A stretch of 64,000 nucleotides of DNA, from contig CDRNVI010000041.1 in assembly GCA_977017575.1 (NCBI GenBank), forward strand, positions 1-64,000. The letters are read 5' to 3'. Positions within the stretch are counted from its first letter, which is position 1; each line of letters starts with the position of its first letter. Below the pieces are notes generated by a model. That model was not told the origin of the DNA, made no database searches, and saw only the letters and a list, made by a program, of their open reading frames with translations. The translations under genes and the position numbers were made by a program. Shown here piece by piece: positions 33,023 through 44,841 of this stretch. This DNA is from Paramoeba atlantica. Its lineage: Eukaryota > Protista > Discosea.

Positions 33023-33628
33023 TAAAAAAGGAAAATTGGTCATGGACGCTGAAGAAAACGTAAGGAATTGAGCCAAAAATAGCTGATTTTTCGGTAAAAA
33101 TGAGGTGATTTTTGCATATTTTTGGTCTCAGAGCACTAAATTCGACTTTTACGTACGGGAAATCTCTCGTAGGCATGTATTCGAGGCTACAGAACGTATT
33201 GAGTATAAAAGGCGATTCCAACCACACCATTCTTCCGAACCAAAAAGACTCCTTTGGGTCCGAAAATTACTTTTTCGCATATTTCATTCAAAAATGGGTC
33301 ATTTTGGGAGACGTACCACGGCTTCAAGAAGCAACATCTCGCGAAGGCAATGTCGTAGAAAGCTAGAATAGGTCCCAAACTCTCAGAATACAATAGGAGA
33401 AACGATTTTAGAAAAATATTTTTTTTGCCATTTTTTTCGCCAAGTTGAATCCTTTTTTTCAAAAAAAACCCTTCCTCACGTTTTATTGCGGCACAGTAAT
33501 ACCCCACGGGAACGAGATTTCTCGAATGAAACAAGAATGTGTAAAATCGTAAATTTCTGAGACGGAATGATCATGACACGGGCTCGAATCGCAATATTAG
33601 AAACGATTTCCAAACCCTCCCCTCCCCC

Positions 33629-34807
33629 ATGTCCCTTTCGACCCCCCCTCCCCCCTCCCTCCCCAATCTCCCCGATTCCGACGCCCTTCTACGCTCTCTC
33701 CTCACCCCCCCTCCTCACCCCTCCTCCTCACCCCCCTCTCCTCCCCTCCCCCACCCCCCTCTCTTCTCCCTCTCCCCCACCCCCTCCCCCCCCGCCCCCC
33801 CTCCCGCCGTCCAATCCTTCACCGCCGCCATCACCCACGCCCTCGCCTCCACCCCCTGCCACGACCTCCTGCTCCCCTCCCGCCGCGTCGTGGTCCTCGA
33901 CGTCGAGCTCCCGCTCAAGCTCGCCTTCCAGGCCGCCATGGAGAGCCGCACCTCCTACTGCGTCCTCTGGGACCACCACCGGGAAAGACCCGAGGGGATC
34001 ATGACCGCCACGGACTACATCAAAGTCCTCTGCTACTGCCACGAGCGCTGCGACGACGAGGGCGCCGTGGAGGGGCTGCGCGGGATGAGCCTGCGCGCCT
34101 GGCGAAGGGCCCCGGGGCTGCACAACCCCGCGCGCAGCCCCGGGAGCTGCATCACGGTCTACGCCTTCGAGAGCAGCGCCGCGGAGGCGATCGAGCGGCT
34201 GGTGCGGCACCGGATCCACCGCGTGCCGGTGGTGCACAGCCGCGGGGACGCGACACTGTGCGGCGTGGTGAGCTACGCCCCCGTGTTGGCGTACCTGGTC
34301 GAGGCGTTTGGGTTGGAGGAGGGGGAGGGGGAGGGGGAGAGCGTGGGGGGGGACGTCGGGGAGGCGGAGAGTGTGTTGGGCTGCCCGGTGGTGCGGCTTG
34401 GGCTGGGACATTATGGGTACCAGGGTGTGGTGTACACCGTGACATTGGATACCTCCCTGGCGGAGGTGTTTCAGTTGTTTCTGACGCACAAGATTTATAT
34501 GCTTCCGATTGTTGAAGCGGGGTCGAATCGGTTGCTGAATGTGGTGTCCCGTACGGACGTGCTCACGTTAGGTTCCTCGCATGGTGTATTTGATCTCTCC
34601 ATTACGCTCGCAGAGGTGCTAGAAGAAAGAAAGGTGTCCCCCAACGCGGTGATCTACGTCTTCTCTCCATTGGACACACTACGATCCGTGATTCTACAGT
34701 TTGCGAGGAGTGGGGTACGCTCTTTGGTTGCTGTGGATGCACATCGCAGGGTGTGTGGCTTCTGTAGTATGATTGATTTGTTTCATTTCCTTACGAACTT
34801 TCAGTGA
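33629..34807 (+). CDS. SNF4: AMP-activated protein kinase gamma subunit (SNF4-like, CBS domains)
   Basis: PCHDLLLPSRRVVVLDVELPLKLAF...VLWD...GIMTATDYIKVL, IHRVPVV, LLNVVSRTDV. Confidence 0.85.
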   Translation: MSLSTPPPPSLPNLPDSDALLRSLLTPPPHPSSSPPSPPLPHPPLFSLSPTPSPPAPPPAVQSFTAAITHALASTPCHDLLLPSRRVVVLDVELPLKLAFQAAMESRTSYCVLWDHHRERPEGIMTATDYIKVLCYCHERCDDEGAVEGLRGMSLRAWRRAPGLHNPARSPGSCITVYAFESSAAEAIERLVRHRIHRVPVVHSRGDATLCGVVSYAPVLAYLVEAFGLEEGEGEGESVGGDVGEAESVLGCPVVRLGLGHYGYQGVVYTVTLDTSLAEVFQLFLTHKIYMLPIVEAGSNRLLNVVSRTDVLTLGSSHGVFDLSITLAEVLEERKVSPNAVIYVFSPLDTLRSVILQFARSGVRSLVAVDAHRRVCGFCSMIDLFHFLTNFQ

Positions 34808-35158
34808 GTAGAATACTACAATGTACAAATGCATGGAAGCACTGTAGGATATAACGGGTTTCACACTACTATCTACAAGGCGTTCTGCAATGCAATATAC
34901 CCTGTACGTTTTCATAATTTTCTGACGAGGAGTTGCTTTGCTTTTCATGACTTTGATTTCTTGCCTTTTCTACGTGATACTGGACATTCCTTTCCCTATT
35001 TTGGTACAACACATTCCTTTATGATCATAAGCGATATTATGGTGCGACAATTCATTGCCCCCTTTGTTCCGAAGAACATTGTTCATAAGACTCGCTCCCG
35101 CTATTCAAATTTCTAGGCAACCCACGATATGTAAGACTTTTCAGGTAGCTGCATTGCT

Positions 35159-37207
35159 ATGTTGAAGCGTTCTGTACGTTTCTTTTGCAACGCAGGCGTA
35201 TCTGATCTTACCTCCGCCTTGAGTTCTCTGAACAGATCTTCGCCGGATTCAAACAAATTGCTCCCGCTCCTCGAAGCGATGCGCGAGAAATCTCACAGCA
35301 TTCCCACTTGGGCTATGTCTCAAGCCGCACAGCTCGGACGCCAAGCGCACCTGAGCGAAGCTGTGGTGAAGCTATTTCTGGCCGGCTACAATTCACCCTC
35401 ACTTCGAAAGCTATGTCTTTTTGACAATGCAGTGGACTGTGCATACGATACGGGATCCTCAAGTCATATTCTCGCCCTGGTGAGGGGCGCTATGAGCAAA
35501 CTTACTTCGGATCAGGATGATATAGTTTCTCAACTAGCATTGTGTCGCGCTCTGTGGCGAGCAGTGCTTTTATCTGTGAAAAATCCAAAGGAGACGTTCG
35601 AGCACCGCAAAGCTGCCTTCTATCTGCTCAGCATTGTACGAAATGTGGTTCCTTTCGTGCTTTCCTCGACGAACGAGCAAAGTGATTCGTCGAACATACC
35701 AACCAAGGATTGTAAAGAATCTTTTCTGGGAAATAGGCTCGCTTCAACTCTGCCAAATGATGATGAAGTAGTAGTTTCCTCGATTTCTCGATTCTGTAGG
35801 TATGGTACGATCGACGAAGGGGAATGTTCCTTTTACCACTATCTTTATTCCCATTTTCTTATCTTTTGTCCTGTGTCTCCTGCACTTTCGCATGTGACGC
35901 TTACTTTGCTGCGAAGCTGTGAGCGCCTTCGTAACTCCACTCTTGCAACTGAGTATTACACTGCGTATTGCAGGAAACGCTCGATCAATGATGAAGAAGT
36001 GGATGAGGCAATATGGGTCTCCTGGGGACATACTCTGAATGCGGATGGAAAGAGCGAGACCGTCTTGGACACTGCAGCCCGAATCTTAAGCCGGAGACCC
36101 GAGTATGTTCCCTCCCAGGGAGTGGTTTCTACAATATCACGTGCTACGCATCAAACGCGAAACGTATCGCTTATCCGGGTCGTGCTTGAGCGCTTAACTA
36201 CGGTCGATTTGTTGAAAGAAACTGTGGAAGTGAAAGCGTTACGGCAGACTGTGAGGCAGAGTACCCACATATGTTTGCAAATGCTAGCCCGGTTTGGGGT
36301 TCTTGATTTTGAGACAATTCTGAACGAGTGCGTAGAAAAGGGTATGATAGATTCCGACGCTAATAGTTTGCTAGCAAGACTTCTAACGTGGACAATGAAT
36401 ACTGTGAATCCGTCGGAACAATTATCGAAGTTTGAACCTTTATTGGAAGATTTACGAAGCATAAATGAGGATGTGGCAGGAGCCTTATTGCAGGTATACT
36501 CTCGAGTTCAGCATGACCGTCTGTACAATTTTTATTGTACTTTGCAAGAGCGGAACATGAGAAAGCTTCCCTGGTTTATATCACTCTTGGAATGGGCAGA
36601 GGCTCGGAGGTACAGCATAGAATCATCTATGGTAAGGTTCATCAGCGAAGAAGCGAAAAACTTTGATGTTCAAAAAATTCAAATATATCGCAATGTCAAC
36701 TCGGAGTCCGTATTACGAGGCCTGGAAGAACGAATAACTGAGACTCAGGCTCATACGAATACAATTTTGACGCGTTCGAAGCAAAATGTACAAACAGTGG
36801 AAAAAGAATTTGAAGATAAAATTAGAACTGACCTCGGAAATGAGCATTGTGTTCGTTTCGAAAGGTTGCGTCATGCGTCCCTACATGATCCGAAGCGTAT
36901 ATCTCGATATGAGTATAATGAATATTACGTAAAGATGCCGTACCTGAGGGACGAATCTGCAAGGAATAGAGAAACTAGTGCACCATACGATAGTCTACAA
37001 TTTCGAGATATCTTCTTAAGAAATTTTGATGCTTGTATGCAAATTTCTTATTTGAGAAGCCTGCTACACGAATCAGTGCGACGCATGCAATATAAGAAGC
37101 TGCGACTTGACGCTGAAGCTTTAAGTTTGATACTAGACACAGGTATCAGCATGAAACCAAGCACAGAAGCACAACTTGGTTTCCGTTTACCTGCTATTTC
37201 CTCGTAA
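35159..37207 (+). CDS. hypothetical mitochondrial helical protein, 682 aa
   Basis: MLKRSVRFF presequence-like start; long ORF; family not recognised. Confidence 0.65.
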   Translation: MLKRSVRFFCNAGVSDLTSALSSLNRSSPDSNKLLPLLEAMREKSHSIPTWAMSQAAQLGRQAHLSEAVVKLFLAGYNSPSLRKLCLFDNAVDCAYDTGSSSHILALVRGAMSKLTSDQDDIVSQLALCRALWRAVLLSVKNPKETFEHRKAAFYLLSIVRNVVPFVLSSTNEQSDSSNIPTKDCKESFLGNRLASTLPNDDEVVVSSISRFCRYGTIDEGECSFYHYLYSHFLIFCPVSPALSHVTLTLLRSCERLRNSTLATEYYTAYCRKRSINDEEVDEAIWVSWGHTLNADGKSETVLDTAARILSRRPEYVPSQGVVSTISRATHQTRNVSLIRVVLERLTTVDLLKETVEVKALRQTVRQSTHICLQMLARFGVLDFETILNECVEKGMIDSDANSLLARLLTWTMNTVNPSEQLSKFEPLLEDLRSINEDVAGALLQVYSRVQHDRLYNFYCTLQERNMRKLPWFISLLEWAEARRYSIESSMVRFISEEAKNFDVQKIQIYRNVNSESVLRGLEERITETQAHTNTILTRSKQNVQTVEKEFEDKIRTDLGNEHCVRFERLRHASLHDPKRISRYEYNEYYVKMPYLRDESARNRETSAPYDSLQFRDIFLRNFDACMQISYLRSLLHESVRRMQYKKLRLDAEALSLILDTGISMKPSTEAQLGFRLPAISS

Positions 37208-37471
37208 AACTTAATGCACTTGAACTAAGGTGGAGTAAACTTCGGTTTTTGTCAACTGTAACATACAGTGTAGAGGGTTGAAAAGTACCTCTATTTTTTT
37301 CCACCGTGCGTGTAGAAATTCATTTTGTAAAGTATTTGACAGTAGTACTAGGTAAGTAAAGGTAAGTAAAGGTTTGTAAGAGGGGTCACAACAAGTGATT
37401 TTACACATTCAGGTGGTCCCATAAGGTTGATACCTTAGAAAATCTTTCATTCCTCTGGTCCTACCAAACAA

Positions 37472-37771
37472 ATGTTGAGTATCGACGTTACTAACCCACC
37501 CCCACCTGCTTCACATGAGACAACTTCTGAGAGCACACCGATTGAAAAATTGCCTTCATTTTTTCCGTTAGTGGTGCCACGTTGCAAAGCGCCGGCGGAA
37601 GATTTTTTTAAATGTTTTTCTCATTCAAGCCAAGCACTTGATGACAGAAATAGACCTGTTGAAGAGTCGATTTATGAATGCCAAGAGTCACTTGCGGCAT
37701 ACGAATCATGCATGAAATTACACTATGAGCATACCGAGAAGAAACGGAAGAGATTTTTAGGGATATTTTAA
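37472..37771 (+). CDS. twin CX9C (CHCH) protein
   Basis: C-KAPAEDFFK-C and C-QESLAAYES-C, both exact CX9C. Confidence 0.65.
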   Translation: MLSIDVTNPPPPASHETTSESTPIEKLPSFFPLVVPRCKAPAEDFFKCFSHSSQALDDRNRPVEESIYECQESLAAYESCMKLHYEHTEKKRKRFLGIF

Positions 37772-38045
37772 TCAAGGCAACGTTTTTTCCATAAAAAGTT
37801 TGCCATTTCTCGTGCCTTCATGCGTATAAACAAGAACGATCTAGTCTTGCGACTCAAGATTTGCGTGAATAAGACACCATTGTCCATCTTTTACGACATT
37901 CTCTTGGACTGGAGTAGTAAACGTTTCGATCCGTCTCAGTAGTATTTTCATCGTGATGTTTCCACATAGCAAATGTACATGTAAACGATTATTTCTTTAA
38001 TGTCAGTAAATCCTTACTGATTCGTTCCTTATTTTATCGTCTTGC

Positions 38046-38875
38046 ATGAACGTGTTACAGACTTCTAAGTCACGCCCCGCAAAAGTGAGCGCCGCGAATT
38101 TGCCACAAGAATACGAGCTCTCAGAACTGGTACAAGATATCGCAAACCCACACAAATCTTGGAATACGGAAGTAACAGCGTGCGATTGGGAGTATGTGAC
38201 GTGCGATGAACAAGGTAACGTCTCTGAGCTTAAGTGGAACATCAATGTGATTGGTGGATTTGGCTATGATCCAGCGTATGACGAGGAAATTTGGGACATT
38301 CGAAATTTGCGTGGTACATTGCATTTCGCATGTCTCCCGCGAACAGTCGCAATTTTTGATGTCTCGTTTCCGAAATCAGAGGGGCTGATTGGAAATGTAT
38401 CCCTCAGTAATCTTCCATCAAATCTGTATCGTTTATCTTTAAGTGGAATAGGTTTTCAGGATCATTGGATTTGACATCGCTGCCAAATACAATGTATAGA
38501 TTGGATCTCGGACACAACCGATTCACAGGCAGTGTGTGTTTTACTAAGCTTCCGGCATATATGTGTGGCCTGCATCTTGAAAGTAACCTTTTCACCGGAG
38601 CTATTGATTTAACAGCACTGCCCGCTTCGATACTCGACTTGAGCGTTGCAAATAATAAGTTTTCGGGTGCCGTTATGCTGCAGCATCATTTGCCATCATC
38701 TTTGGGGTCTCGTACACAGGGGCAGAAGTTAGAAAGCCTCTGGGGGTTATCTGGGAGCGTAAAGAAATCATTTCTTCCAAAGTTCACGAATGTAAAGCAC
38801 ACAAGTATCCATATCACAATAATTTTTTTCATTAACCTTGAAGTTCTGGCATGTGATGTACCAATGTTTTTGTAG
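38046..38875 (+). pseudogene. LRR family protein 9, frameshifted
   Basis: KVSAANLPQE motif; adding one A at about 38447 restores LSGNRFSGSLDLTSLP and joins ORFs 38046-38474 and 38465-38875. Confidence 0.75.
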
Positions 38876-39348
38876 GCGCGATTGCATAGTTCTTTGTAGA
38901 TTCTACTAGAAACGATTTGTTACTATTACTCACACAGTTTAGTACAATAAGCGGAGGATTAGTACCTAAATTGCACAACACTACCCACTAGCTATACTGT
39001 TAGTTAGAGAATAAGAACGTTTTTTTATTGAACTATTGGAATATACACTTGTAGGCAAGTTAGCTAACCATGTTATTAATCTGTATGATTGAGCCCAGTG
39101 CATTTGTGAAGAATGGATGTAAACGGGTGGAAATTTCATCCTAAGCGGAGAGGCGCTTAAAAGTAAGTATTATCCAGGGGTCTGAAAATCTACAATATCT
39201 ATAATTATAGTACTACATACAGTAGTACTATAATGTAGTATTATAATACTATTATCCCTGTTAAAGTACTTTATCTCTGTCAGTATATTGGTGCAGTAGA
39301 GTGTGCCGGCTCAGTAGCTGCTTAATTTATGTATCAGGATATTTATCT

Positions 39349-40953
39349 ATGCGTGAACAAATGAACCTTTCTACATCTTCGGATTTTCGCGGGAACAAAG
39401 TGGGTGCACCGAAATCGTTTCGTTCCCCTTCAAGGAGGTCGCCGCGCGCCCACGACGTGTCACGTCGCATCGTTCAAAAACTAATTCCTCCAGGAGAAAG
39501 TCTGTCAAACTTTTGCAGAAGTGGAATTGAAACTTCATTCTTCTTCAAAGGCTCAACCATTAGAAAGTTATTCGGAACAAAGAACATGATGTTTGCCGTC
39601 AATAATGGTTCGTTGCAGCCCGGACATGATCTTGACATTGTGCGCTATGATAGCGATGAGCACACAAGATTAAGTTTTCCGAACATTCCGAATCCGATTC
39701 CAGGGAAAAGGTTTCTTCGAAATGCAATGGGACAGGGATGGAGTGTGCGTTTCTTGCATCCACAGAGCTACAGTGCTCGCATGCGTCGCCTACTCCGGTC
39801 CATGGAGGATGTGTTGGGCTGCTACTGTGGTGCCAACACTTATTACACTCCAGCAGGCGCTCAAGGATTCGCCCCTCATTTTGATGATGTTGACGTATTT
39901 ATCATACAGACTGAAGGCAGAAAAAAGTGGTCTGTGTATTCTTACGACGGAATCCGTCCTCGGTATCCCAGTGAAGACTTCTTTGAGGATGACATAGGAC
40001 CCCCTGACTTCCAATACGAACTCGAGGTTGGTGATATTTTGTATCTACCGCGGGGAACTATACACTACGCACAGTCGTTTCCTGACATACACTCTCTTCA
40101 CGTCACATTGAGTGCAAATCAACGAAATACCTACATCGATTACTTACATAGTCTTTTTCATATGGCGGTTGAAAAAATTGCTGAAAATAACTCGAATGCT
40201 CGTCGTACAATTTCTTATGAGATTCCTTTTGCCTTTGGCACTGCGTTCGACCCTACAACAAGATTACCCAGAAAAATATATGATGGTAATGAATTGTGTC
40301 ATGACTGCGATGAGACAGGGTTTTCTGCTTGTATTGCAAATTTTGTTGAAGATGTATTCGACGTTTTAAGCGCATCGTTGCCTGGAAGTATTGAAGATAC
40401 AGCAAACGAAGCGCAAACAAATGCAATCAAATGTAAGCGAAGGGAGTTCGCGCCCTTAGTAATGAAGAAAGATGTCCTATCTCTTGCAATGGATCAATAT
40501 ATGAAGAGCAATCTCACCCATACGCATCCAATTCTTAGGCTTAAAGAACAGAATGTCAATACGTACATGTATGAGGATTCTAACTTTAGACGTCCAGAAA
40601 AGGTGATTCGTCTTTTGGCTAGACAGTCCGTACGAGTATGTCTGGAAGCCGGAGAGTGTCGCATGTATTACGTCTCTCCTATAGAAAACGTACCTGAAAC
40701 GGAGGGAAATAGAAAACGTACACACTGCCCTAGGACTGTGCGCAGAGGATCCAGCCACGAGCCCGTTGGAATGCTACGGTTTGAAATCACTTTCGCCAAT
40801 GCTCTTTCACAGATCCTTTGCGCCTATCCGGACCCTATGCCAATAGATGAGTTGAGTTTTGACACACGACATTTCTCTAAAAATGACGTGCGCGACAATC
40901 GCGGTTTACTATGCAAAAGCTTGGTTGAAACGGGTCTATTTCTCGTTTTATGA
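39349..40953 (+). CDS. RIOX1: JmjC ribosomal oxygenase, NO66/MINA family
   Basis: CGANTYYTPAGAQGFAPHFDDVDVFIIQTEGRKKW, LEVGDILYLPRGTIH, SLHVTLS. Confidence 0.88.
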   Translation: MREQMNLSTSSDFRGNKVGAPKSFRSPSRRSPRAHDVSRRIVQKLIPPGESLSNFCRSGIETSFFFKGSTIRKLFGTKNMMFAVNNGSLQPGHDLDIVRYDSDEHTRLSFPNIPNPIPGKRFLRNAMGQGWSVRFLHPQSYSARMRRLLRSMEDVLGCYCGANTYYTPAGAQGFAPHFDDVDVFIIQTEGRKKWSVYSYDGIRPRYPSEDFFEDDIGPPDFQYELEVGDILYLPRGTIHYAQSFPDIHSLHVTLSANQRNTYIDYLHSLFHMAVEKIAENNSNARRTISYEIPFAFGTAFDPTTRLPRKIYDGNELCHDCDETGFSACIANFVEDVFDVLSASLPGSIEDTANEAQTNAIKCKRREFAPLVMKKDVLSLAMDQYMKSNLTHTHPILRLKEQNVNTYMYEDSNFRRPEKVIRLLARQSVRVCLEAGECRMYYVSPIENVPETEGNRKRTHCPRTVRRGSSHEPVGMLRFEITFANALSQILCAYPDPMPIDELSFDTRHFSKNDVRDNRGLLCKSLVETGLFLVL

Positions 40954-41109
40954 GCTGAAATGTCAATAATGGATTTGGTCAAATGTCCCTGTTTTTCCGC
41001 CAAATTTTTAAATGTTTTCTCCAAATACTGATTTTTTTTTTCGCTATTCGTTTCGTCATTTTCAGTTGCTTGGTCTATCTTTACATGCCTTGCACGGGGT
41101 GTGTTTGAT

Positions 41110-41760
41110 TTTCTTGTCGACGAAAGCTAACAATAAGTAAGATTTCAACTTGGACCGAAAAGCAATGCGTGGCGTGGCTACAAAACCATATGTTGGTGGT
41201 TCAAAAGGTCATACAAGGGTGAAAACCTTATGGTGGGGGGAAATTTTCTACGAATTTTATACCCCCCACCATGGGATTTTAACCCCTGTGTGTTGCAAGA
41301 AAAAAGCAAATTAATCGAAATTTTGATGCAAATAGTTCCAGGTCGCACTTCCGCTTCTCTTGTACACGGAATTACGGAATTTACCAGAATTTGGATGGAC
41401 GGCGCTCGTCACAATATTCGTCTCCGGGGGGACTACTAGTGGGAAAGCGTGAACCACCGTCGGCAGTGGGTCACTGAGGAAGGTGTATACAAAAACACTG
41501 TGGGGTGCGCGACTCAATCGTCAAGAAGCGCTCGAAGCGTGAAGGTGGCATGTTGGACCGGAAAGCCGCCCGGAGAGAAGATCGGGTGCAAGCCTATGCA
41601 GAGCAAGGAAGCGGAAGTTGGAAGTGCAATGGCGGGGAATGCATTGCTGCACGTGCTTTAAAATTTAAAAGAGCTTTGCGCTTGCGTGTATGTATAGTGT
41701 CTGCTTTTTAAGCATAAGTTGTCAGTTCAAGTTGTTCAACAGATTTTGAGCAATTTGTTA
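41110..41760 (+). mobile_element. Merlin transposase relic, family 2, copy B
   Basis: VDES (41116), IWMDG, DY*WESVNHRRQWVTEEGVYKN; homologous to 10540-10920. Confidence 0.65.
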
Positions 41761-41981
41761 ACATATTTATGGAAAACACGAATTTTGCTCAGCCGTTACC
41801 CTCATCACATAATTTCGCAACAGTACTCAAATGCTCGAGGCAGACCAAACACTTCCTTGAGTAATCGGGAGAGTGACAATAAACAAAAATATCTCCGTAA
41901 AACACATTAAACAAGAAGACACCAGTACCATTGCAATCACAAAATCTAAAGATACTTCATTTCTTTTTACATCCGACTCTT

Positions 41982-43337
41982 ATGCCGACATTCACACACC
42001 TCCCCGTGACCTTGACATCCGATGAACCACGACGCGGGCGCGTTCGCGGTGCCGTCATGCCCGCCGAGTACTACCTGGAGCGTTTTATCCAGCACCTTAA
42101 CAACCCGCACCGCTCCTGGCACTCCCGTCGTGCGGCGTGTCGTTGGGACGGCATCACGTGCTCCGATGCGGGAGTCCTGGAGGACATGGCATGGAACGAA
42201 CGTGAGCTCTCCGGGAACCTCTCCTGGAGCTACATCCCCAACACCCTGCTCTATCTCGACCTCAAAGGGAATGAACTCGACGGGGGCCTTTCCCTCCCCG
42301 AGCTCCCCCCCACCCTGGAAACCCTTTACGGGGACCATAACCAATTTACGGGGTGCCTTGATTTACGCTCTCTCCCCGGCAACCTCTCCGATATCCGTCT
42401 CGGGAACAATCATCTCCACGGGGAGCTCGAGCTCACCTCGCTGCCCCCTCCGCTTACCTATCTCGGGTTAAACCGTAACCGTTTCGAGGGGGGGATCTCC
42501 CTCGAGGCCCTTCCCCCGTTGTTGGAGTACATCCGACTGGATCATAATCAATTCACCGGACCCGTGGAGCTGCGGAATTTGCCCAAGACCCTGCAGGATT
42601 TGTATCTGGACCACAACGCGCTGAGCGGTCACCTGTGCCTCAGTGCGCTCCCCCCGTCGCTGGAGTATGTCCGGCTGGAGCATAACGCGTTCGAGGGAGC
42701 GGTGGATTTCACCCGACTCCCGGAGGCGCTGAGTGATATCTACGTGGACCATAACCGGTTAAGCGGGGCGTTGGATTTGACCCATCTCCCGCCTCGATTG
42801 GCGTATGCGCACCTGGAGAAGAATGAGTTTAGTGGAGGGTTGGGGCTGGATAACCTTCCGCCGGGTTTATCTTTTCTTCGGGTCGATCATAATAATTTGA
42901 CCGGGGGGCTGGGTTTGCGACATCTGCCACTGGAGATGGAGACGCTTTATGTGAACCATAACGAGTTCGAGGGGGGCGTGGATCTAACCGGGCTACCTGG
43001 CCAACTTCTGGATCTGCGGGTGGACCACAATAGGCTGAGTGGGCCGGTGCAATTCGAGATACTTCCCGGTGGGCTGCAGATGCTTCGACTGGACCATAAT
43101 CGGCTCACAGGGCCGGTGAATTTGGCGAACCTGCCGCCCGCCCTTACATCGCTTCGGTTAGAGTATAATCAACTCGACGGGATCGCGGATCTGCGACATT
43201 TGCCCAACGGAATGCTAGAGGTGAACTTGCGAAATAATGACTTCGTGGCGTTTGAGAAACCAGAGATTCCCCCTTTGCTGTGCGTATTCCGATTGGGATC
43301 ATCACACTCCAAAAAAAAGAGGACTGTGAAGCGATGA
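41982..43337 (+). CDS. LRR family protein 10 (about 15 repeats)
   Basis: RGRVRGAVMPAE motif, cap, 15 x 22-aa LRRs, many with DHN. Confidence 0.9.
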   Translation: MPTFTHLPVTLTSDEPRRGRVRGAVMPAEYYLERFIQHLNNPHRSWHSRRAACRWDGITCSDAGVLEDMAWNERELSGNLSWSYIPNTLLYLDLKGNELDGGLSLPELPPTLETLYGDHNQFTGCLDLRSLPGNLSDIRLGNNHLHGELELTSLPPPLTYLGLNRNRFEGGISLEALPPLLEYIRLDHNQFTGPVELRNLPKTLQDLYLDHNALSGHLCLSALPPSLEYVRLEHNAFEGAVDFTRLPEALSDIYVDHNRLSGALDLTHLPPRLAYAHLEKNEFSGGLGLDNLPPGLSFLRVDHNNLTGGLGLRHLPLEMETLYVNHNEFEGGVDLTGLPGQLLDLRVDHNRLSGPVQFEILPGGLQMLRLDHNRLTGPVNLANLPPALTSLRLEYNQLDGIADLRHLPNGMLEVNLRNNDFVAFEKPEIPPLLCVFRLGSSHSKKKRTVKR

Positions 43338-43574
43338 GGTGCATAGGGGTACGACTGCGCATAGGGGTACAACCCTAATTTTGTAGAGTACGTTGTTTAA
43401 GAATAATGGATACAGGTTTACAGAAACGGAGTGAGAAATGGGGATTTTGGTATTGTGTCAACAAGTTTCATTGTTTGTGTAATTGATTCTCTTTGTATTA
43501 TCTTGCTCATGGTTTTCGGTTTGTCCTTTTACAAACCATAGACTTCTGCCTACTTGCATTGCTTCGCTAGGACA

Positions 43575-44189
43575 ATGCCGACCTTGGAGCCTGTCTTGGA
43601 ATATCTTTTCGGTCCCGCTCCTGGACATGAGTACGATGACGATGGACAGACGTGTTCTGTTTGCATTGACTTTTGCGCCGCCGAAACCGACCGTTTCGAG
43701 AGAGAGCTGGGTGTTGTCCCCTGGGGAAGTGCTTTCTCTCGCCAACGTGAGGCCACGCGAGGGAGGCTGCGCGAAGTTGAGCGCTGTCGTCGCTATTGTC
43801 AGCAATATCTTACACTCTGTAAAACACAAAATGTAGAGCGAAACGAGCTGCAGAACTCCAAAAATGAAGAAAAAACGTCACTGGAGACTACCAGCGAATG
43901 TGCTTCTTCATACCGCTTGTGGAAAAATTATCTTTTTGTCCTGCGTAACCGACCCACGACTATGGAGATTTATGCTCCTACCAATTTGTCGCCCAACATG
44001 CGTGGACGCGATGCATTGCCAAATCAGAAACCCACTCAAGAACAGCAACCGAGGCCTGACTTTGCAAAGAGCTTAGCAGAATTAAAGCAAAAACATTTTC
44101 GAGCCATTGGAGAGAATGATACTTCACCTATCACTCTGGCAGATCAACACGCCACAATACCCATTGAAGCGAGGGATCTTACAAAATAA
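43575..44189 (+). CDS. hypothetical protein with CxxC
   Basis: ATG ORF on the coding strand; CSVC motif. Confidence 0.5.
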   Translation: MPTLEPVLEYLFGPAPGHEYDDDGQTCSVCIDFCAAETDRFERELGVVPWGSAFSRQREATRGRLREVERCRRYCQQYLTLCKTQNVERNELQNSKNEEKTSLETTSECASSYRLWKNYLFVLRNRPTTMEIYAPTNLSPNMRGRDALPNQKPTQEQQPRPDFAKSLAELKQKHFRAIGENDTSPITLADQHATIPIEARDLTK

Positions 44190-44534
44190 TGTGCGAGAAA
44201 CGTGTTTCGCTGTGCAGATTGAAAGCACTTTATTCATCATGAATCACAGCGAGATCCACATCCCTTCAATTATTCTTCCGAAATGCTGCACGGAGGTAGT
44301 ACATTGTATCGTGTTCCAATGATGTTTTACATACAGGAAACATACCGTCCCCTCACTATTTTCTTTTTCGTATCTGCACCCCTACTTTAAACCAGGGTCC
44401 GAAAAACTCCAAAAACTATTTTCTTTCATTTCAACTCGATATTCAATTACATTGAAGGTTACGCATTGGCTCTTCTCTTATCGAAGTATCGAGCAAAATG
44501 ACTCTAAGATGGATCTTTTAGGTCTTTTTTCGAA

Positions 44535-44679
44535 GCGGCGCAAGTTTTCTTTTGTCCCCTTTTTCTTCGCGTAGTTTTCGAAAAATCGGACCCCCCTGTT
44601 TGTACTTCCAAAAGTCAGGTTCCCCCTTTGTACTTCCAAAAGTACAGAAACCGGCGGAAGTATAAAGGGGGGGTAACAG
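44535..44679. mobile_element. right end of TIR family C
   Basis: Matches 28340-28491. Confidence 0.7.
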
Positions 44680-44841
44680 CAATTAGATCTAGTACCTTAA
44701 TTTATTTACCTTAATATCTGTTTCGACGGTAAGCGACGAAAAATGAAAATTTATTTCTATAGTATCTAATAATAGGGCGGCGGTAATTTCAGTTTTTAGA
44801 ATCATTTTCTCCATTTTGAAAACTTTGCGTCTTCCGATTTC

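Noticed and set aside
33715-34515. Long minus-strand and alternate-frame ORFs over GC islands (also 7973-8790, 14330-15017, 53795-55044)
   Set aside because: Shadow ORFs of GC-rich coding sequence; low complexity and no motifs.
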